Below the pieces are notes generated by a model. The model saw only the letters and a list, made by a program, of their open reading frames with translations, was not told the DNA's origin and did not search any database. A program made the translations under genes and the position numbers. Of a stretch of 64,000 bases of DNA, positions 38,307 through 47,000 are shown one piece after another. This stretch comes from Candidatus Iainarchaeum sp. (lineage in GTDB: Archaea > Iainarchaeota > Iainarchaeia > Iainarchaeales > VGJJ01). The stretch spans positions 1 through 64,000 of the forward strand of contig JAZDJQ010000001.1 of assembly GCA_043803765.1 (NCBI GenBank), in the 5' to 3' direction. The stretch's first letter is position 1. Each line of letters begins with the position of its first letter.

Positions 38307-38441
38307 CGGGTTTCCTCCTTGGTTGCAGCAGGGGTAAACGGGGTGGTGAGCTATTTTTCCTTTTTTTCACTCCTTTTTTCTTATCCGTCTCGTATTTAAA
38401 CCTCCTCCCCAGATAATGGTGCATATTGGGTGATGCATCAG

Positions 38442-40595
38442 ATGAATCGATTCTTTTTGTTGGTTGGGGCGCTTCTTCTTTTCTTGGGGGGTGGCACGAG
38501 TGTTTTTGCCCTCTCGTCGTTGGAATATTCAGGTCCTGATCTTTTTCCCACGGATCCTTCATGTCAGTCTATCAATGATGGTTGTCCTAATCCTCATTAT
38601 ACATCGTTCTCTTTCACGTATACTTCGGATCAGGCGATTTCTCCTAATGGGGGTTTCAGGATTGGTATTGGGTGGATGTTTAATGGGTTGTTTTTGGGTG
38701 ATTTGCTCCCTAATTGGGGTTCCCCTCAATTCTTTTTTCCGTCCTTCCCTAATTATACAACTGTTTCTTCTCCCGTTCCTTTTTCAACTTCGAAACAGTG
38801 CACGGGTAGTTTTTGCAACTCCCAAGTGTCGTTTCCCAATGGTCTTCCTTCCGGTACTCCGGTAACAGTATTGTTTGGTGATACTTCGGGTGGCAGTCCG
38901 GGCATACTTGTCCCTGCTATCGAGTCTAATGCGCAGGTCTTTCTTTCAGAGGATTTTTCAGGTTCCCAGACGTTTGTGTTGGCTCCGGATCCTCACCCCA
39001 GACTGCATGTTACGGGCACGCATGCGGACAGGGTAGTAGTGATTGGTCCTTCCACGGTGAATGTGGGGGAATATGCGATGTTTGTTGCGAAGGTGATGGA
39101 GGGTCCCGATGCGTATGAGCATAATTCGTTTACGGACGGGAATTTTTTGGGCACCTTTTCTTTCTCTTCTACGGATTTCCGTGCGCGCATGCCCCCCACA
39201 GTTGGGATGTCTCTGGCGGATGGTGGGGTGAGGAAGTTTTGGATTCGTTTTTCCACTCCGGGGATTCATTCCGTCAATGTTCATGCGAATGGTGTGGGTG
39301 TTGATTTGGTTGGAGTGAGCAATCCTATCGAAGTGCGTTCCGGTCCGGTGGTGGGTACTCCCAGTAGTCCAGTTCCAGACAATTACAACCTGTATTGGGG
39401 TTCTTTGCATAATCATACTGCTGTTGGGGGTCATGCGTTGAGTACGACTGAACAGGCTTTTGATTTTGGCAGGGAGTACGCTCGCTTAGATTTTCTTTCA
39501 ATGAGTGAGCATTGCGGTACGGAGGAGTTTAATTTCGCTGAGTTGGAGAATATGGCGGATGCCCGTTATATTCCTCGTGTTTTCGTGACTTTTCCTGCGT
39601 ATGAATGGACTAGTTCTTCAGAGGGTCATCGTCATGCAATTTTCAAGGATTCGGCTTCCGCATTCAGTTTCTGTGATACTGGTACAAATCAGATTGGGGA
39701 ACAGGAACAGCTTGACTCTTCGTTGAGCACGTTTTTGTCGGATGTAGGAAGTGTGGGGGGTATCGCGATCCTGCACCACCCTTCTTGGAATCATGTTTCG
39801 GGGGTTAATTGGGGTTCGAAAGATTCCAATGCGCAGCGTTTGGTGGAAATCTATTCTTGGCACGGTCGTTCGGAATACTATAATAATCCTTTATTGATTC
39901 ACAACTCACCGAGTGCGCAGTTTGATGCGAAGACGGGAAATTTTGTCCAGGATGCCTTGGCGTCTGGTTATCGTTTAGGTATTACGGCGGATGCTGATAA
40001 TCATTTTGGTATGCCCGGTTCTAATGCTACTAAGGGGTGGTTGAAGGGGTTCTATGCGCGTAATGGGTTGACGGCAGTGTATGCTCCTTCTCTCACGAGG
40101 GACTCCGTTTGGAGTGCGTTGAATGCTCGCAGGGTATATGGGACAACCGGTGCGCGTATCCAGTTGAAGTTCACTAGTGGTTCTCATTGGATGGGGGAGG
40201 AGTTTTCCTCTGTTTCGATTCCGTCCATGAGTATTCGTGTTCTCGGTACAACACCACTAGATTATGTCAAGATTTTCCGTGATGGGAAGGAGGAGGTGTT
40301 TTCTTGGACGGGTGATGGTTCGTTGTCGAATATTGATTTGCAGTTCACTGATACCAATGTGATTCCTTCGAATACGTATTCCTATTATGTTCGGGTTCAT
40401 CAAGCCAATGATCATTATGCGTGGTCTTCTCCTATGTGGATTACGTATCTGCCTGCGCGTTTTTCTTCCGCGGATTCTTCTGCCTTGTATCTCGAAGAGT
40501 TTGTTTCCTTCCTTTATCCTCCTTTGTTTTCTTTGGAATTGGTGAATGCGTTGGTTGATTCGGCCACTAATTTGGGGCGTTTTTCCTTCAGGTGA
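38442..40595 (+). CDS. Secreted PHP-fold metallohydrolase (DUF3604/CehA-McbA-like)
   Basis: Signal peptide; WGSLHNHT, SEH, YEWT, HHP, VEIYSWHG, ADNH, RRVYGTTG. Confidence 0.82.
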   Translation: MNRFFLLVGALLLFLGGGTSVFALSSLEYSGPDLFPTDPSCQSINDGCPNPHYTSFSFTYTSDQAISPNGGFRIGIGWMFNGLFLGDLLPNWGSPQFFFPSFPNYTTVSSPVPFSTSKQCTGSFCNSQVSFPNGLPSGTPVTVLFGDTSGGSPGILVPAIESNAQVFLSEDFSGSQTFVLAPDPHPRLHVTGTHADRVVVIGPSTVNVGEYAMFVAKVMEGPDAYEHNSFTDGNFLGTFSFSSTDFRARMPPTVGMSLADGGVRKFWIRFSTPGIHSVNVHANGVGVDLVGVSNPIEVRSGPVVGTPSSPVPDNYNLYWGSLHNHTAVGGHALSTTEQAFDFGREYARLDFLSMSEHCGTEEFNFAELENMADARYIPRVFVTFPAYEWTSSSEGHRHAIFKDSASAFSFCDTGTNQIGEQEQLDSSLSTFLSDVGSVGGIAILHHPSWNHVSGVNWGSKDSNAQRLVEIYSWHGRSEYYNNPLLIHNSPSAQFDAKTGNFVQDALASGYRLGITADADNHFGMPGSNATKGWLKGFYARNGLTAVYAPSLTRDSVWSALNARRVYGTTGARIQLKFTSGSHWMGEEFSSVSIPSMSIRVLGTTPLDYVKIFRDGKEEVFSWTGDGSLSNIDLQFTDTNVIPSNTYSYYVRVHQANDHYAWSSPMWITYLPARFSSADSSALYLEEFVSFLYPPLFSLELVNALVDSATNLGRFSFR

Positions 40596-40694
40596 AGAAT
40601 TCTCCGGTTTACTCTAATGAATCGAATCCGGTAAGTGTTTTCGAATTGGGTGGTTTTACTTAGGGCGTATTGGAAGAGAATGTGTTTTGTTATA

Positions 40695-40786
40695 GCAAAA
40701 AGCCTAATTATTTGAACATTTGATGGGCTTTTTGCATATAGCAAATTGCTCAATAAAAGTTCAGGAACAAAACCAATTTGCTATAT
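40695..40786. terminator. Two adjacent inverted repeats between convergent genes
   Basis: GCAAAAAGCC-N21-GGCTTTTTGC and ATATAGCAAATTG-N25-CAATTTGCTATAT. Confidence 0.4.
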
Positions 40787-40836
40787 CTTCTAAAAGTGGA
40801 GCAGAATAATTCCTTGGATTTTTTTTTTAAGAATTA

Positions 40837-41652
40837 CTACTCTTTTACGTGCAATAGAAGTGTCGCCAGTCCTTCCGTGTCAATAATGATAGTGTTAACT
40901 TGTATGTAGGGGGGGTATTTTTCCATCCATTCCTTTTCTAGTAATGGGTTGGGTTCTTTTGCATAAATTCGTAGAACATATTCTTTTGTCCCTTCGGTTG
41001 GAGTGATTGTTCCTCGTATTCTTATTTTTTTCATCCATTCGGGCGAGAATGCTGGGAACGTTGGTCCAACGAGTATGTCGTTGGGTTCGAAATCTACTGC
41101 GTAGGTTGTTTCGGGTTCGATGGTGGTGCGAAAACTCAGTCCTTGATAGTAGGTGCTTCCCCACCCTCCTCCAATGAATAGGGTAGTGTCGAACTCCGTT
41201 TCTTGAGTGGAAATGACAGCTTCTTGCGTGGCAGGGGTGGATTGGATTCCAATGGTGTATGTCTTATTTTCGGGGGCGTTTATCCATGTGTTTATTCCTG
41301 TTGTATGGAACGTGGGGTGAAATTCGGGTTGCATATATGTTGCGTTTGTTATTTCTGCTAACTTGTTCATGTTTCCATCTTTCCATACTTGTGTGTGTTC
41401 TTCAAATTGTGTGGGCATTGCAGGTAATTGTGTAAAAATTTCTTTTTCGTTGTTTAATCCATATACTTCTTTGAAAAATTTTTCTACTTCCTCGAGAGTG
41501 ACTCCTTTTTTTTGGGCTCGTTGTTCAAAAATGTGGTGATTATGAATTTTTTCTATTGGTTCTGTTTTGGGTATTGTTTTAGTTGTATCATCGTGGATGC
41601 ATCCTGTCATTAGAATGAGTAGTATGATTCCTATTTTTTTCCAATCCATCAT
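40837..41652 (-). CDS. Lipoprotein-like QPEF/GPTFP family protein (copy 2)
   Basis: MMDWKKIGIILLILMTGC; LPAMP, YMQPEFHP, LVGPTFPAFSPEW; start overlaps the upstream stop. Confidence 0.78.
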   Translation of the reverse strand: MMDWKKIGIILLILMTGCIHDDTTKTIPKTEPIEKIHNHHIFEQRAQKKGVTLEEVEKFFKEVYGLNNEKEIFTQLPAMPTQFEEHTQVWKDGNMNKLAEITNATYMQPEFHPTFHTTGINTWINAPENKTYTIGIQSTPATQEAVISTQETEFDTTLFIGGGWGSTYYQGLSFRTTIEPETTYAVDFEPNDILVGPTFPAFSPEWMKKIRIRGTITPTEGTKEYVLRIYAKEPNPLLEKEWMEKYPPYIQVNTIIIDTEGLATLLLHVKE

Positions 41653-42866
41653 GAGTAATCTGCCCCTGCTTGGAATACTTTGTTGTGGTCTCCTGCCGAA
41701 ACGAATCCGTTGAAATCTCCCGAGAAGCACAATTGGTTGGTATCTTCTGCCCCTAATCCTGTGATGAGCCGGCTGGCAATGGTCGCGTTGCCCGAGTCCC
41801 ATTTTTTGCAGGCGGTGGATGTTATGGGGTTGGTAGTTCCGGTCACGCTGCAGGGTTCTTCCCATCCTCCCATTCCCCATGTTCCGCATCCATTGCCCGT
41901 TCCCATCCATGCTTTCAGCACGATATTGGCATCGCTTCCGGAGAATGCACTGGTGAAGTTGCCGTCAATATTAACCACCACGTTTCCCGTGTTGGTGATC
42001 GTGTAGGGAGATAGTGTGTTGTCTTGGCAGAAATTGGCTCCATAGTAGATAGTGGCATAGGCTAAATCGGAGAATAGGCATTGGATGCCCGCTCCCGAAG
42101 TAGCTACGTATCCTTGGATAAGTAGTGTTACATTCTGGTCGGATGCAATGTAGGGGGTCATGTCACCATATATTTCTCCATAAAATGAACGTATGTTGAG
42201 TCCGGTTGAAAATTGCTCTAATGGTAATGATGCTATTGCTTCATAGGTGCCGCTGTTGTAGTTCCAGATGAACATATTGATATCAACTGATCCGCCACCT
42301 GCGCTAGGACACCCCGCGGCCCCTCCATGAGCATCTCCTGCGTAATCGAATCGTATTCCCGAAACCGTGTTTTCGTTTTCTGCGATGGGAACTACGAATC
42401 GTGCGGTGGGGGCGTTTCCAATACCACTTGTTCCAGTGTAGGCATACTCTCCATCTACTTCATATCGCACGGTGATTGCATCATATTCGCTGGTATTGAA
42501 TTCGGTGGTGGGGGTGTTGTTGTTGGTTGGGGGTTTTCCTGTGCCGTTTCCGTCATAGATGTAGTAGGTGCTGCTGGGAGAGGTTACCCCTTGGTAGTTG
42601 TATTCTTTTTCTGTTGTTTCGTTTCGGTTGGCGGTCGGTCGTACTTTTGCCGCGTTTCCATCATCATCCGGGTCGTATTGGGCGTTTCCTTCTACGAAGA
42701 AGAATGCGTCTGCCGCACAACTTCCTCCGTATGTGATGGTGATGCTTCGTGTGCTGGGTACGTTGAATGTGAATGTGGTGGTTGCGGTTGTTGCGGCGTT
42801 CAGGAGGGGCATGCTGATGATTAGTATGAGAAGCAATCCGATGGTTATTGTTGTTCTCCTGCTCAT
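41649..42866 (-). CDS. Secreted putative fibre subunit with ~190-aa inserted domain (405 aa)
   Basis: Signal peptide; both ends align with 5965..6603 (AFFF.E, DGN, CQ, GCG, LCFSGD.NGFVS.GDHN). Confidence 0.78.
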   Translation of the reverse strand: MSRRTTITIGLLLILIISMPLLNAATTATTTFTFNVPSTRSITITYGGSCAADAFFFVEGNAQYDPDDDGNAAKVRPTANRNETTEKEYNYQGVTSPSSTYYIYDGNGTGKPPTNNNTPTTEFNTSEYDAITVRYEVDGEYAYTGTSGIGNAPTARFVVPIAENENTVSGIRFDYAGDAHGGAAGCPSAGGGSVDINMFIWNYNSGTYEAIASLPLEQFSTGLNIRSFYGEIYGDMTPYIASDQNVTLLIQGYVATSGAGIQCLFSDLAYATIYYGANFCQDNTLSPYTITNTGNVVVNIDGNFTSAFSGSDANIVLKAWMGTGNGCGTWGMGGWEEPCSVTGTTNPITSTACKKWDSGNATIASRLITGLGAEDTNQLCFSGDFNGFVSAGDHNKVFQAGADYS

Positions 42867-43156
42867 TCTGGAAATCAAGCGTCTTCCTAATATAATGCTT
42901 ATTAATCCTGAAGGCTTCACTCTCAAAGTATTGGAAAAAAGAACTAAAACAAGGACATTGGCCCGCTATTACTTTATTTTTTTTATAAATGCATTTTATA
43001 GACAACGCCAACTCCTAAATCACCACCCTTTTTGGTTTTCTTCTCATTGGTATCATTCGTTGGGCGTGGGGAAGTCGTTTTTGTTCGTTTTTGCTTCTTT
43101 TTGCGTTTCATTTTTTGTGAAAAGCTTTTAGTTTCCAAACAGTATGGAATCCTATC

Positions 43157-43948
43157 ATGCGTAACGATTTTCCTTTTTCGCTTTCCCCCAGTGTTTTTCG
43201 GATAATCGCTTTTTTTATTTTTGGAGTAGTGGTTTATTTTTTGTATTCTTCTTTTTTTTCTTCCCCTTCCCATTCTATTTTTGTGGTGGATGATATTGTG
43301 GGTTGTGAGAATCTGGATCGTTCTTCGTATGGTGTTTCTTCTTCTATTTTTGGTGATCTTCCTTCTCCTCCTAAGTGTTTTGTTTCTATTCTTTCTGCTT
43401 TTCGTAACCGGTCTTTTGTTGATCTTAATTTTTTTGATTCGTCGTATTATCTTCAGCCAGAGTTTTATCCTAATTTTTTGTCTGAGGGTCTGCGTGTGTG
43501 GAAGAATCCGGATGATGCTCATTATGGAGTAGTGGGTTATGGTTCCTATCCTTCCCATTCCGATGTTCGTGTTGTTGCTCCTACAAAAGTGTATTTTTTT
43601 GTTTTTTCTGGGTTTGGGGTTCGGAGTGTTCAATCTGTTTCTCTTCGCGTTGTTTTTGAGAATCCGTCCGATGCTAATTATTTTTCTGTTTCATTAGATG
43701 AGGATACTTCGCAGGATTTTTTATTGGGCCCTACTTTTCCTAAGTTTCATCCTTTGTGGGTGCATCCGGTTATTCTGACGGTAATTCCTCTTGATTCTTC
43801 GTCTTCTCATTCGGCTACTATTTCAATCCAGACGGTTCGTTCGCTGGCGGATTTTTCTTCGGATCCTATCACGGAATTGTTTCTTTTTTTTGATTCGACG
43901 GATTATGTCGGGGGTCGGCAGGTTTATCGTTTGACTATTCGTGAGTGA
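43157..43948 (+). CDS. Membrane-anchored QPEF/GPTFP family protein (copy 3)
   Basis: TM; LPSPP, YYLQPEFYP, LLGPTFPKFHPLW. Confidence 0.75.
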   Translation: MRNDFPFSLSPSVFRIIAFFIFGVVVYFLYSSFFSSPSHSIFVVDDIVGCENLDRSSYGVSSSIFGDLPSPPKCFVSILSAFRNRSFVDLNFFDSSYYLQPEFYPNFLSEGLRVWKNPDDAHYGVVGYGSYPSHSDVRVVAPTKVYFFVFSGFGVRSVQSVSLRVVFENPSDANYFSVSLDEDTSQDFLLGPTFPKFHPLWVHPVILTVIPLDSSSSHSATISIQTVRSLADFSSDPITELFLFFDSTDYVGGRQVYRLTIRE

Positions 43949-44030
43949 TTTTTATTCAGTTTCTTTAATTGTTCTCATTGGGGCCGTGTTTAACGTCATT
44001 CATTTTAAATCAAAAGTTCCCCTTTTCTTG

Positions 44031-47000
44031 ATGTCTTTCGTTCATGGAAGAGTGTTGATTCATTGTCTTAGTGTTCTTTTTCTTGTTGCGGTGATATCAT
44101 GGCCGGTGATTGGTCAGGAGTTGATAGTGGAGCGGGTCTTGCCGGATGCTCCTCTTTTTTCTATTATATCCCCTCTTGATAATGATGGGGTGAGTGGGGA
44201 TGTTCTTTTTATCATTAAGCCTTCTTCTCCTCTTTCTCGTTCATCCATTCGTTTGATGGATCGTTCTTCTGATTTTGTTTCTTCTTTTTCTGAGTCGGAA
44301 TCCTATACGGTTTCATGGCCTTCTTTATCCGTGCGGGATGGGGAGTATTCTTTTGAGATTTCGGCTTGTGATGATTCGCGTTGTGAGACGCGTGAGTTAA
44401 GTGTTCGAGTAAGAAATGGGCTTGAGGATGTTTCTGTTTCTCCAGATGATTCTACCGTTTCTCCTGTTTCGGATGATTCCATTCCAAGCGGCAGTTCTTC
44501 TTCTCCTTCTTCTTCTCGTCCGGATGTTCGTGAATCCAATCGTTCATCTTCTACTATTTCGGTGACTCCTTCTAATCATGTTGGGGCATTCTCTTTGTAT
44601 CGTGGTTCGACTCAAAAAAACTCGACGGGGGATGATTTTGTGATTCGTCCCGGTTCGTATTCGGTGGATGCTCATTTTTTGGAGAATGCGTTGAATGTGC
44701 ATGTTGAGAATGTTCGTCTTGATTCTTCTAATGTTTTGTTTTTTTTTGAAAACGATGTGTTGGATTCTTTTTCTATCGGGAAAGTTAAGTATTCTGTTTC
44801 CCGTTCTTCTTCATTATCTATTCCTTATTCCTTTGGTTCTGCCTCGCTCGATCTTGCAGGAGAGCCTCTTTCCTATAATTGGATTTGTTTGAGTTGGTCT
44901 CGTTCTAGGGAAAAGTGTGAGAGTGAGTGGGTTTCTCCTTCTTCTTCTCTTTTTACTTTTGATTTTGTTTCATCCGTTGTTGTTTTGGCTCATGCTGCTC
45001 CCGTGGCTGTTCCTACTGCCCCTGCGGGTGTTCCTACCCCCGTGTCAACGGTTTCTCCTGTTGTTCGTCCGGTCGTTGTTTCTCCGGGCGTTGTGTCTCC
45101 TCCTGTTGTTTCTCACGATGATGTTGTTTCTCTCTCTGCTTCCAATCTTCCTGCACGCGCTATTTTGTTTGATGGGAATGGGAATGAGATTCGTTCTTCT
45201 TCTGGGCGTTTTGATGTTGCGAAGGGTGTTTATGATGTAGGTATTTTCTTTATTGATTCTCCTATTGGTTTCGTTTTTCTTGAAAATGTCCGTGTTGACC
45301 AGAATGGGGTGTTGCTCATTGCAGATGATTCGGTTGATTATTCTTCTATTTCTTCTCCTCCTGATTCGAATTGGTTGGGGATTGTTTCTTTTGATTCTGA
45401 ATATTCTTTTTCTGCCGGGCTTGTTTCGATTCGTCCTCCCGAGAGTGTGAGTGGATATTTTGAGTGTTCTTCTTGGGATGTGAGGGAGAAAAAGTGTTCG
45501 GTTTCATTTGAACCTGTTTCTTCTTCTGATTCAATGGGAGATCTTTCTCCTCTTTTTTCCCGTTTTCGTGAGTCCTTGCCCGATTCGGCTCAATTTTCTT
45601 TTGTTTCTCTCCCTCTTGCATACGGTTGGAGTGTTTCTCCTATGAATATTCTTTTGGAACAGCCCTTGCTTAGTTTTGCAGCTAATGATATTCCGCATAT
45701 GAAGGCGACTGTTTCTAATTATTTCATTGATTCGGGGGATGTTCCTATTGTTGCTTCTCTTACTTTTCCGGATGGTTCGGTTCATGATTTGGATTCAAAT
45801 GCGATTGTTCCTCTTTCAAGTGGAGAATTTGATATTTTTCCTTTTCGCCCTCGTAATTTTGTTCCCGGGTTGTATACGATTACCGTGAAGGGTAAATCCA
45901 ATAGTGAGTCGCTTGTTTCTTCACGTCCTTCTGTTGTTTCTTTTTCTCCTCCTTCGTCTTCTCCTTCTTCTCTTTCATTTGCTTCTCCTCCCGTTTCTGC
46001 TTCTCGTTCATTTTATTGGGGTCTTGTTGCGGTGAACACGATGCATAGTATTTATCGTCCGGGGGAAACTGCTGAGTTTGAGATTGTGGTATTGGATAAG
46101 GAGAGTTTTGGGGTGAAGGGTGCTTCGGTTACTCTTTCAATCACGTCTCCCATCTCGGGTTCATCTAGCGTACTTTCTACTCCTTCTGGAATATTGGAGA
46201 CGACAACGCCGGGTATTTACATTGCCAAGCTTCCCGTAACCGAGGAGGGAACTTATCGTGTTTTGGTTGATGCGTTAGCCGATGGTATTGATTCGTCTAT
46301 TCAAACTACTTTTGATGTTCATTCTCGTTATGATTTTGATATTGTTCGTTGGACGGCTACTAAAATAGATCCTGCTCGTCTTCCCGTCCCTGTCGAATTG
46401 ACGATTAGTCCTGTTTCGAGCACGGTAAAGAATGTTACTGTTCGTGAGTTTGTTCCTAAAGAGTTTGATATTGTTTCGGATCAAAACGTTTGGGTGTATG
46501 AGACCGCGAATGAGAAGGTGATTGAGTGGAGAAGTGTGGCGTTGGATTCCAATGCTCCTGCGGTATTATCTTATTCTTATTCGGTTCCAGACCTAAAACC
46601 GTGGTTGTATCTTTTGGGTCCTATTGAAGTGAGTCCTATTTCTTCTATTCCTTCTCCTCGTGATTCTTTTTGGGAGGCGCGTAGTTGGATGGTGGCCGTG
46701 GATGAAAATCCTACTTCCAAATTGTTCTTTCGTCGAACGGGGTTTAGGACGGTCGCCGTGGAGCCGTCGCCGAATGATGTGAATTGTGGGGTGGGGTGTG
46801 ATATTGATTCTTACCTTGCGGGGGTTCAGTCCTTGTATAACCTTTCCGATATCAATGGGACTACTACCGATACGAACGCGGGGGTTACGGGAACGACGGC
46901 AGGTATTAAGAAATATTTTTCAGCGGTATCGTGGGCGCTTGTTCCGCAGACGATTGTTACCTCCGGTACGTGGATGGCTGGAATTGCGTGTATCACCGGC

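Noticed and set aside
41653-41910. Long N-terminus of ORF 40837..41910
   Set aside because: It overlaps the upstream gene in another frame; the signal peptide starts at 41652.
42983-43633. 216-aa K/R/I-rich minus-strand ORF and similar antisense ORFs
   Set aside because: Shadow of T-rich plus-strand genes; a compositional artefact.
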